Shown here one piece after another: positions 55,861-64,000 of a DNA stretch of 64,000 bases (position 1 is the stretch's first letter; every line of letters starts with the position of its first letter). The stretch is taken from positions 421,829 to 485,828 of the forward strand of contig CAWJJC010000027.1 in assembly GCA_963843145.1 (NCBI GenBank). The letters are read 5' to 3'. This DNA is from an uncultured delta proteobacterium (GTDB lineage: Bacteria > Desulfobacterota > RBG-13-43-22). Under the pieces are notes generated by a model. The model made no database searches. It was not told where the DNA came from and saw nothing but the letters and a program-made list of their open reading frames with translations. Made by a program: the position numbers and the translations under genes.

Positions 55861-58749
55861 TCAAGTCGATTTTAACAGGCTGCGAATTCGCTCCGGGCTC
55901 CAGTCCACCGGGACCCGGACCGCCTGATGGTCCCGGGTTTCAAACAGCAGATGGCCTTCCCGCCGGCCGAATTCAAACAGGGATTTGGTGATCTCCACGT
56001 CCTGCCGGCAATAGGCGGTCAGCTCCCCCAGCTTCCCTTCCCGAAAATAGCGGACCGCCAGAAGGCCATCCCCGCTCTTCTGGGCCCCCAGGGTTTTCTG
56101 GGCCAGGTGGTCCAGACTCAGCCGAAACCCCAGGCACTGATAGACATCCTCCAGGAGATCCAGCGTGGGAAATTCCTTAAAATTAAAATTGGAATAGGCC
56201 TTCAGCACACTGTAATCAAATCGTTTGATATTGAAGCCGATCAGCAGATCGCATTTTTTCAAATGTTCAATCAGGGCGTTCACTTGACTTTCCTGATAGT
56301 CAAAAAAGCGATTCTCCCGGGAGTCATAAACCACCCCCACCGACAAGCGCATCAGGTGGGTGTTCCCCCAGCCGCCCACCTCTTCGGCCAGACGCTGGGT
56401 TTCCAGATCAAAGAACCCCAGGCGGGGAGGCTCCGGCTCCCGTCCCGGAAGCTTCGCCGGAGGGGTCAAGGAGAAATCCTGCTCCGAGGATTTGGCCGCC
56501 GGCAGGGAAATCTGCCCCAACAGCAGTCCGGCCAGATGGCGGGCCCCCCGCTTGTCCAGGGGTTTATTGCCCGACCCGCATTGCGGAGAGTGGATGCAGG
56601 ACGGGCAGCCTTCCTCGCAATCGCACTCGGCGATCAGATCGATGGTCCGTTGGAGGAGGTCCTCGATGATCTCGAAGCCCCTTTCGGCCAGCCCGACGCC
56701 GCCGGGAACCCCGTCATAGATAAAAATAGCGCCCTTTTCCACTTGGGGATGATGCACGTAGCAGATTCCGCCGATGTCGCCCCGATCGCAGAGGGCATAA
56801 AGGGGAAACATACTGATAGCCGCATGCTCCAGGGCGTGGAGGCTGCCCATAACCTGGAAATGGCCGGCCAGGAGCTGTTCCTGCAGCGCTCCTTCCACCT
56901 CGATCCACAAACCGCGGGTCTCGAAGGTCTGGGAGGGCAGCTCCAACGGATAGGTCCCCAACAGCTCCTGGCCGTAGATGGCCCGCTTTTCATAACTGGT
57001 GAAAGTTTCGGTGACTAATACCCGGCCGAAGTTGATCAGGAAATTCCCGACCGGCCGGACCTTTTCCTTCTCGATGATCTCCGTTTCCTTCTGGGCCAGG
57101 ATCCGGGTGTAATAGGTGACCTCCCTTGGCTTGACATAGACATTCTTTTCGAAGAGGTCGAGTTCCTCCACCAGAAACTGAACGGCCCGGTGGAGGTAGA
57201 TGGCCCCGGGGTGGCACTCGCGAAAGGCCCGCAACCGGTCCAGGGTCCCGACGACCCTCCCCTTCCGCCCTTCCATGATGGTAAAGGACTCGCCCAGGGA
57301 GCGGATGTTGACCTCCCGGTGCGGCTTTTTACGGGACGAGATCCAGCCGTCTCCCGCGGCATTCCGCAGCAGCTTGCCCTCCTTCTCCAGGGCGGATATT
57401 TCCGGACCGCAGCGCTCCGCGGTGAAAAAGGGGTCCTCCCGGGACAGGGGCAGCTCGGCCGCGGCGCAGGTCAGGTGAGCCTTGAGGATCGGGCTGTTGC
57501 CCGGATCCACTACGGCCGCTTCAAAGCCCCGTTCAAAAAAGTTCTCCGGATGGCGGATGAAATACTGGTCCAGGGCGTCCGGCTGGGCCACGAAAAATAT
57601 AGTCGATTCCTGCTGGGACCGACCCACCCGGCCGCCCCGCTGCCAGGTGTTGATGATGCTGCCCGGATAGCCGACCAGGATACAAACATCCAGGGAGCCG
57701 ATGTCGATACCCATTTCCAGGGCGCTGGTGGAGATCACCCCCAGCAATTCCCCGGAGGACAGCTTCCGTTCTATCGTTCGCCGCTCCTCCGGCAGGAATC
57801 CGGCCCGGTAGGAGCTGATCCGGCCTTTCAGGGCCGGGGCCATCTGCTCCACCCATTTGTGAATCAATTCCGTCTGACGTCGGCCTTGGCTGAAGAGAAT
57901 GGTCTTTTTCCCTTTGGCCAGGCAGTGGCTGAACAGCCGGGAAGCGACCACGGCCGGACTGATGTCGGGGTTGATGAAGAGGAAGTGTTTGCCCGGTGAG
58001 GGGAAGCCGCTGGACTCCACCACCTGGAAGGGCATTCCGGCCAGGGCCTGGGAGAAGTGCTCCGGACGGGCGATGGTGGCCGAACAGAGGATAAAGCGGG
58101 GATCGCTCCCGTAGAGCCGGCAGATCCGTTTCAGACGACGGATGATCTGGACCACGTGACTGCCCAGGATCCCTTTGTAGGTGTGGGCCTCATCGATGAC
58201 CACCCAGCGCAGGTTTTTAAAAAATTCCTTCCAACTCTCGTGAAAAGGTAAGAGCCCCAGATGAAGCATATCGGGGTTGGAAATCACGATCGGCGGCGGC
58301 TTTTGGCGGATTTTCTTGCGATCACTCGGGGGGGTGTCGCCGTCGTAGATGGCCGATAGCCCCTCGGGGCAATCCGGAAAAAGGAAAGCCCATTCCTCCA
58401 TGGCCTTACGCTGGTCCTGTTCCAGGGCTTTAATCGGAAAAAGGAACAAGGCCTTGGAGGCGGGATCGGTTAGAAGCTGTTCCAGGCAGGACAGGGCATA
58501 GATCAGGGTCTTGCCGCTGGCCGTGGGGGTGGCCACAATGGTATGCCGACCCTGGTGGATCGCTTCCAGGGCCTCCACCTGGTGGCTGTAAAGGCGGGAA
58601 ATCCCCTTTTGCTCCAGGGCCCGGTTTAAAATCCCAGGCAGCGAATAAGAGAGTCGACCGAAATGCGCCGGCCGGGCCGGAATGGTCTGATGGTGGACGA
58701 TCCCCTCACCCAGGGGAGTTCTCTTCAGACTGGCTAAAAAACGTTGCAT
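55861..58749 (-). CDS. DEAH helicase with DUF1998 (MrfA/YprA/SftH type) fused to an RNase H-like DEDD exonuclease (MrfB/YprB type)
   Basis: TPTASGKT, DEAH, SAT, QRGGRVGR, CD...CDCEEGCPSC, then FFDLETQ...GFNIKRFD...YCRQDV. Confidence 0.9.
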   Translation of the reverse strand: MQRFLASLKRTPLGEGIVHHQTIPARPAHFGRLSYSLPGILNRALEQKGISRLYSHQVEALEAIHQGRHTIVATPTASGKTLIYALSCLEQLLTDPASKALFLFPIKALEQDQRKAMEEWAFLFPDCPEGLSAIYDGDTPPSDRKKIRQKPPPIVISNPDMLHLGLLPFHESWKEFFKNLRWVVIDEAHTYKGILGSHVVQIIRRLKRICRLYGSDPRFILCSATIARPEHFSQALAGMPFQVVESSGFPSPGKHFLFINPDISPAVVASRLFSHCLAKGKKTILFSQGRRQTELIHKWVEQMAPALKGRISSYRAGFLPEERRTIERKLSSGELLGVISTSALEMGIDIGSLDVCILVGYPGSIINTWQRGGRVGRSQQESTIFFVAQPDALDQYFIRHPENFFERGFEAAVVDPGNSPILKAHLTCAAAELPLSREDPFFTAERCGPEISALEKEGKLLRNAAGDGWISSRKKPHREVNIRSLGESFTIMEGRKGRVVGTLDRLRAFRECHPGAIYLHRAVQFLVEELDLFEKNVYVKPREVTYYTRILAQKETEIIEKEKVRPVGNFLINFGRVLVTETFTSYEKRAIYGQELLGTYPLELPSQTFETRGLWIEVEGALQEQLLAGHFQVMGSLHALEHAAISMFPLYALCDRGDIGGICYVHHPQVEKGAIFIYDGVPGGVGLAERGFEIIEDLLQRTIDLIAECDCEEGCPSCIHSPQCGSGNKPLDKRGARHLAGLLLGQISLPAAKSSEQDFSLTPPAKLPGREPEPPRLGFFDLETQRLAEEVGGWGNTHLMRLSVGVVYDSRENRFFDYQESQVNALIEHLKKCDLLIGFNIKRFDYSVLKAYSNFNFKEFPTLDLLEDVYQCLGFRLSLDHLAQKTLGAQKSGDGLLAVRYFREGKLGELTAYCRQDVEITKSLFEFGRREGHLLFETRDHQAVRVPVDWSPERIRSLLKST

Positions 58750-58756
58750 ATTGTCT

Positions 58757-59545
58757 CTAATCGCCCGTAAAGACCGGTTTTCTTTTTTCCAGGAAGGCCT
58801 TAACCGCCTCTTGATGGTCGTGGGTCTGGGTTAAGAGGCCCAGTTGGGAGGAGACGAAATCCAGATGGCCACGCAGGCTGCTGTTCAGGCCCTGATAAAC
58901 CGACCGTTTCATCATCCGGACCGCCTGAGGCGGCTTGGAGGCCAGCTTTTCGGCCAAGTGTCGGGTCTCCTTCATCAGGTGTTCCCGGGGAACCACCCGG
59001 TTGACCAGACCGATTCGATAGGCCTCCTCCGCCGAAACCAAATCCCCGGTCAGCAGAATTTCCAGGGCCTGGGGCAGGCCGACCAGGCGGGGAAGAAAAT
59101 AGGCCCCCCCATCCCCGGCCAGTAACCCGATATTGATAAAGGAAGCCGAAAACTTGGCCCTATTTGAGCAAATCCGGAAATCGCACATGAGGGCCATGTC
59201 CAGCCCAGCCCCGGCCGCCGCCCCATTGACGGCGGCAATAACCGGTTTGTCCAGGGATTCCATAATAAACGCCACGGGATAAACCGTTTCCCAGAGGAAT
59301 CGTTTCATGTCCCAGCCCCTAAATTTGCCCCGGTCCATGTCCTGTAGATCTCCCCCGGCGCAGAAGGCATCCCCCTGGCCGGTCAGGATGATTACCCGAA
59401 CCCGGTCATTCTCTCGGGCCTGTTCCAGGGCTTGACGCCAAAGGGTCAACATTTCCAGACTGAAGGCATTTTTGACCCCGGGGCGGTTCAGGGTGATAAG
59501 GGCCGTGGTCCCTTCCACTTCATATTTTAGGTGCGGCTCATCCAT
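58757..59545 (-). CDS. Enoyl-CoA hydratase/isomerase family protein
   Basis: TLNRP, AFCAGGDL, KPVIAAVNGAAAGAG, AFLEKRKPVF. Confidence 0.9.
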   Translation of the reverse strand: MDEPHLKYEVEGTTALITLNRPGVKNAFSLEMLTLWRQALEQARENDRVRVIILTGQGDAFCAGGDLQDMDRGKFRGWDMKRFLWETVYPVAFIMESLDKPVIAAVNGAAAGAGLDMALMCDFRICSNRAKFSASFINIGLLAGDGGAYFLPRLVGLPQALEILLTGDLVSAEEAYRIGLVNRVVPREHLMKETRHLAEKLASKPPQAVRMMKRSVYQGLNSSLRGHLDFVSSQLGLLTQTHDHQEAVKAFLEKRKPVFTGD

Positions 59546-59671
59546 GACGACCTCTTCTAGGTTAAACTGCCCTTTTGTAGCCGCCCACCCAAAGGGCGAA
59601 CAACCTTACCTAAAATGGACTGGAAGTATTCGAGCTGTCAAGGGTTTTCAATCCTCAGCCAATAACGGACC

Positions 59672-59700
59672 TTGACAGAGCCGAGGAAATTTGCTATTAA
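59672..59700 (+). promoter_or_regulatory. sigma70-like xerD promoter, probably leaderless
   Basis: TTGACA-17-TATTAA, 6 nt before the ATG, no SD sequence. Confidence 0.55.
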
Positions 59701-59706
59701 TTTTGA

Positions 59707-60597
59707 ATGTTTGATGAACTCCTGGACCGTTTTATCAATTTCCTGCGGGTTGAAAAAGGCCTGTCTCCCAATACACTGGAATCCTATAGCCGGGACCTGA
59801 TCGGGTATCTGCGGTTCCTGAAAACACAGGGGATCACTTCCGTTTTGCAAACTCAGACCGATACCTTGTACGAGTATCTGAAAAAACTTCGGGCCCGAGA
59901 CCTTTCCAGCCGTTCACAGGCCCGAGCCCTTTCAGCCCTTCGCTCTTTTTATCGATTTTTACAAGAAGAAGGACTGCGAACCGACAATCCGCTCCTGCCC
60001 CTCCAATCTCCAAAGCCTAAGCGAACCCTGCCCAAAACCCTTTCCGGGATGGAGGTGGAAAAACTCCTGGACCAGCCACGAAGCACCTCTCCCCGGGGCC
60101 TTCGGGACGCGGCCATGCTGGAAGTCCTCTATGCCGCCGGGCTGAGGGTCTCCGAGATTATTTCCCTGACCCTGGACCAACTGGAGATGGAAAGCCAATT
60201 GATTCGGGCCATGGGAAAAGGGTCAAAGGAACGGCTGATCCCCATCAGTTCCCTGGCCCTCCGACGCTTGGGGGAGTATTTGGCCTCCGGCAGGAAGCCC
60301 CTGCTCCAGGGACGTTCCTCTCCTTATGTTTTTTTAAACCATCGGGGCCGACGCCTGACCCGCCAGGGATTCTGGAAAATTTTGAAACAATACAGCCGGC
60401 AGGCCGGTATCCAGCGCTCGATTTCTCCCCATACCCTGCGGCATTCCTTTGCGACTCATCTCCTGGAGGGGGGGGCGGATTTACGGTCCATTCAAACCCT
60501 GCTGGGTCACGCGGACATCTCCACCACTCAGATTTACACCTCGGTAACTTCCGAACACCTGCGTGAAGTCTATCGTCGCTATCATCCCCGAGCGTAA
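59707..60597 (+). CDS. xerD: Site-specific tyrosine recombinase XerD
   Basis: EKGLSPNT, GLRVSE, GKGSKER, SPHTLRHSFATHLL, LGHADISTTQIYT, HPRA. Confidence 0.93.
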   Translation: MFDELLDRFINFLRVEKGLSPNTLESYSRDLIGYLRFLKTQGITSVLQTQTDTLYEYLKKLRARDLSSRSQARALSALRSFYRFLQEEGLRTDNPLLPLQSPKPKRTLPKTLSGMEVEKLLDQPRSTSPRGLRDAAMLEVLYAAGLRVSEIISLTLDQLEMESQLIRAMGKGSKERLIPISSLALRRLGEYLASGRKPLLQGRSSPYVFLNHRGRRLTRQGFWKILKQYSRQAGIQRSISPHTLRHSFATHLLEGGADLRSIQTLLGHADISTTQIYTSVTSEHLREVYRRYHPRA

Positions 60598-60604
60598 ACC
60601 ACCC

Positions 60605-63274
60605 ATGGATGTGCAGACTCGTGGTTTGTCCGAAATACCCGAAACCGGAGGCCTTCAGGTAATTACCACCCACCTGAACGCCGACTTTGACGGACTGGCC
60701 TCCATGCTGGCCGCCAAAAAATTGTATCCCGAGGCCCTGCTGGTCTTCCCCGGTTCCCAGGAGCAGAACCTGCGCAATTTTTTCCTCCAATCCACCGTTT
60801 ACCTCTATAATTTCATCAAACTGAAACAGGTCCCGCTGGAACGAATCGAACGACTGATTCTGGTCGATACCCGCCAACCGGACCGTATCGGAAAATTCGC
60901 CGAGATTTTAGATCACCCGGGGTTGGAAATCCACATCTATGATCACCACCCCCTGGTAGACGGTGCGATCAAGGGATCCCTGGAAATCATCCGCGCGGTC
61001 GGATCCACCATGACCATCATGACCCAACTCCTGGAAGAGAAGGAAATCTCCCTGACTCCCGAGGAGGCCACCCTCATGGCCCTGGGCATCTACGAAGACA
61101 CCGGTTCCTTTACCTTTGGCTCCACCACCACCCAGGACCTGCAGGCGGCCGCTTACCTCCTCCAGCAGGGGGCAAATCTGAATCTGATCTCCGACCTGCT
61201 GACCCGGGAACTGACAGTCGAGCAGGTTTCCCTGCTCAACCAACTTCTGGAATCGGCCACCAAACATACGATCAACAACGTGGAAATCGTGGTGGCCAAG
61301 GCCTCCACGGACAATTACGTCGGGGATTTCGCTGTCCTGGTCCATAAGCTGATGGACATGGAAAATCTCCACTGCCTGTTTGCCATCGCCCGGATGGAGG
61401 ACCGCGTCTATATCGTGGCCCGCAGCCGTCTGCGGGAAGTCAACGTGGGGGAAATCCTGTTGGCCTTCGGGGGCGGAGGGCACCCCTTTGCCGCTTCGGC
61501 CACCGTCAAGGACCAGACGATGGTGCAGGTGGAAGACACCCTCTTCCTGCACCTTAAAAGCCGGATCAATCCCCTGCGCAAGGCCCGGGATATGATGACC
61601 TATCCGGTGAAGTCGATTTTGCCGGGCGAAACCATCGAGCATGCCAACGAGTTGCTGACCCGCTACAACATCAACGTCCTGCTGGTCATGGAAAATGAAA
61701 AAATGGTGGGCTGGATGTCCCGGCAGGTAGTGGAAAAGGCCATTTTTCATGGGCTTAAGGATCTGTCCGTCCGGGAATACATGCACACCGAATTTTCAAC
61801 CGTCGATCCGGAAACTTCCCTGTTCCAGATCCAGGAATTCATCGTGGAAAACAAGCAGCGGATTCTGCCGGTCGTTCGGGACGGAAAAGTGCTGGGGGTG
61901 ATCACCCGGACCGACCTGCTCAACATCCTGATGGCCAGCCCCCCCATGCAGGAGTACCTCTATGACTCCCGCAAGGCCCCTCACTTTGTCCGGAAGAAAA
62001 ACATTGCCTATTTACTGGAGGAACGGCTCGAGGCCCGGGTTATTGAGATTCTTAAATCTCTGGGGCAGGTGGCCGACCAGTTGGGTTACAATGCCTATGT
62101 GGTGGGAGGCTTTGTTCGAGATCTCTTCCTGAAATTCGACAATCTGGATATCGATGTGGTCATTGAAGGGGACGGCATCAAATTCGCCCTGGAATTTGCC
62201 CAGCATTTTGAAGTACGGGTCCGCACCCACAGCAAGTTCAAAACCGCCGTTTTGATCTTTCCGGACGGTTTCAAGGTGGATGTGGCCACCGCCCGCCTGG
62301 AATATTACGAATCGCCGGCCGCCCTGCCGGTGGTGGAAATCAGTTCGGTCAAGATGGACCTCTACCGGCGGGATTTCACCATCAACACCCTGGCCGTAAA
62401 ACTGAATGCCCGCCATTACGGCATCCTGATTGATTTCTTCGGCGCGCAGAAGGACCTCAAGGAAAAAACCCTCCGGGTCCTGCATAACTTGAGTTTCGTT
62501 GAGGATCCGACCCGGGTTTTCCGGGCGGTCCGTTTCGAGCAGCGCTTCGGTTTTAAGATCGGAAAACTGACGGCCAACCTGATCGAAAACGCCCTCCGGA
62601 TCGGAGGGATTGATAAACTGGCGCCCAAAAGAATTTTTTCCGAGTTTTACCTTATCCTTAACGAAGAAAACCCCTTACCGATCATTCGCCGCCTGGCGGA
62701 TTTAAAAATCCTCCAGGCCATCGACCCGGACCTGGTCTTATCCCCCAAAACCGAAATTCTGCTGGAAGAAATCCGCCGCATCCTGTCCTGGTTCAATCTG
62801 CTTTACTTGAACGAATCCTGCCAGCGCTGGCTGGTTTTCTTCTTAGCCCTGACCCAGCCCTTAAGCGACCTGAATCGGATCCGGCAGCGCCTGGGTTTAC
62901 CCAAGAGAGTCGTCGAACTGGTCTCCTTATGCCGAGGGGAAGGAGAAAAGGCCCTGATCACCCTGAACCGCAAAAAGAAAATAACCCGGTCTGAAGTGTA
63001 TGCCTTACTCTCTCCTTTTCCCAATGAGATCCTCTTGTACTTTATGGCTCGCACCAACCAGGAGGCCGCCCGCAAGGCCATCTCCCTTTACTTCACTAAG
63101 CTCAAAGGAATCAAGCTTTCCGTGGGCGGGGAGGACCTGAAGACACTGGGTTTACCTCCAAGCCCGCTATTCAAGACGATCTTGAACGATTTACTGGAAG
63201 CCCGAATCAATGAAAAGGTATTGACCCGCAACGATGAAATCGCCTATGTTAAAGAACGCTATCTTAAACCCTGA
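60605..63274 (+). CDS. DHH-DHHA1-CBS-tRNA nucleotidyltransferase (A-adding type)
   Basis: HLNADFD, YDHH, GGGH, two CBS domains, VGGFVRD..DIDVV, DLYRRDFTIN, EDPTR. Confidence 0.9.
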   Translation: MDVQTRGLSEIPETGGLQVITTHLNADFDGLASMLAAKKLYPEALLVFPGSQEQNLRNFFLQSTVYLYNFIKLKQVPLERIERLILVDTRQPDRIGKFAEILDHPGLEIHIYDHHPLVDGAIKGSLEIIRAVGSTMTIMTQLLEEKEISLTPEEATLMALGIYEDTGSFTFGSTTTQDLQAAAYLLQQGANLNLISDLLTRELTVEQVSLLNQLLESATKHTINNVEIVVAKASTDNYVGDFAVLVHKLMDMENLHCLFAIARMEDRVYIVARSRLREVNVGEILLAFGGGGHPFAASATVKDQTMVQVEDTLFLHLKSRINPLRKARDMMTYPVKSILPGETIEHANELLTRYNINVLLVMENEKMVGWMSRQVVEKAIFHGLKDLSVREYMHTEFSTVDPETSLFQIQEFIVENKQRILPVVRDGKVLGVITRTDLLNILMASPPMQEYLYDSRKAPHFVRKKNIAYLLEERLEARVIEILKSLGQVADQLGYNAYVVGGFVRDLFLKFDNLDIDVVIEGDGIKFALEFAQHFEVRVRTHSKFKTAVLIFPDGFKVDVATARLEYYESPAALPVVEISSVKMDLYRRDFTINTLAVKLNARHYGILIDFFGAQKDLKEKTLRVLHNLSFVEDPTRVFRAVRFEQRFGFKIGKLTANLIENALRIGGIDKLAPKRIFSEFYLILNEENPLPIIRRLADLKILQAIDPDLVLSPKTEILLEEIRRILSWFNLLYLNESCQRWLVFFLALTQPLSDLNRIRQRLGLPKRVVELVSLCRGEGEKALITLNRKKKITRSEVYALLSPFPNEILLYFMARTNQEAARKAISLYFTKLKGIKLSVGGEDLKTLGLPPSPLFKTILNDLLEARINEKVLTRNDEIAYVKERYLKP

Positions 63275-63288
63275 ACCCTGGCGGACCC

Positions 63289-63958
63289 ATGAGTGAAACC
63301 ATTCAACAAATCAGCATCATGGCCATTCCCTTGCTTCTGGCCATCATCCTCCATGAAGTTGCTCACGGCTGGGTAGCTAACCGTTTAGGCGATCCCACGG
63401 CCAAAATGGCCGGGCGTCTGACCCTCAACCCCCTGGCCCATATCGATCCCATCGGCACCCTGCTGCTCCCGGGCCTGCTGATCCTGTCCCACGCCCCTTT
63501 TTTGTTTGGTTATGCCAAACCGGTGCCGGTCAACTTTAACAACTTAAGGAATCCCAAACGGGATATGGTTTGGGTGGCCGTGCTCGGGGGCCTTGGCCAA
63601 CTTTCTCTTGGCCTTTATCTTCTCTCTTTTCTTTCGATTGTTATTACTTGGGCTCCCCCTGCTTCCGGTCGAGGCGGTCCAGATGCTTTTTAAGCCGTTG
63701 ATCTTGATCTGCCAATATGGCGTTTTCATCAACGTGGCCCTGGCCGTTTTTAATCTCATTCCCATCCCTCCCCTGGATGGAGGCAAGGTTTTAGCCGGAC
63801 TTTTATCTCCCCGGGCGGCTTACCAGTACAGCCGGATCGAACCTTTTGGTTTTCTGATTCTCCTGGCGCTGTTATTCACCCATATCCTGGACTGGGTTAT
63901 TACGCCCTTCATTTTCTTATTTGCCCGGTTATTCCTGGGGAGCTCGATGCTGTTGTAA
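63289..63958 (+). CDS. Site-2 protease (M50) family; frameshift near 63585 (probable sequence error)
   Basis: HEVAHG, GRLTLNPLAHIDP, then FNLIPIPPLDGG in the second frame. Confidence 0.85.
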
Positions 63959-64000
63959 GGGGGGGAGACACAAGGTAACTTCTTTTCTTTAATAATCAAT

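Noticed and set aside
59707-60597. Tyrosine recombinase as the integron integrase for the attC array
   Set aside because: It has XerD signatures, lacks the IntI-specific insertion, sits in a housekeeping context and is 35 kb away.

Overview
Chromosomal window from a GC-rich anaerobic bacterium; the gene content (HdrL/MvhD/MetFV, NfnAB, IorAB, xerD-CBS/tRNA nucleotidyltransferase-M50 cluster) suggests Desulfobacterota/Deltaproteobacteria (inference). From left to right: (1) a frameshifted Zn-ribbon N6-adenine DNA methyltransferase, a nucleotidyltransferase pair and a lexA cassette (lexA, inactive RecA/RadA-like gene, small helical protein) that resembles PolB2 mutagenesis cassettes but has no polymerase and carries a perfect 18-bp operator-like palindrome; (2) a more AT-rich, repeat-free island (~8.8-19.7 kb) coupling a Liv-type ABC importer, acyl-CoA synthetase and TetR to a three-component corrinoid methyltransferase; (3) an integrase-less integron cassette array (three attC-like sites plus a relic; NERD-like protein, Rap1a immunity, VOC, RHH/RelE TA); (4) selD with an in-frame UGA/SECIS behind a LysR gene; (5) iorAB and redox genes; (6) a folate/C1 hub: fhs, hdrL, selenocysteine mvhD, metV, metF, divergent nfnAB-folE2-purH; (7) housekeeping genes (helicase-exonuclease fusion, xerD, A-adding tRNA nucleotidyltransferase, M50 protease). 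Intergenic spaces hold many palindromic REP/MITE-like and inverted heptamer repeats, and there are two eroded toxin-antitoxin relics. Several frameshifts look like assembly indels. No rRNA, tRNA, CRISPR array or transposase was recognised.
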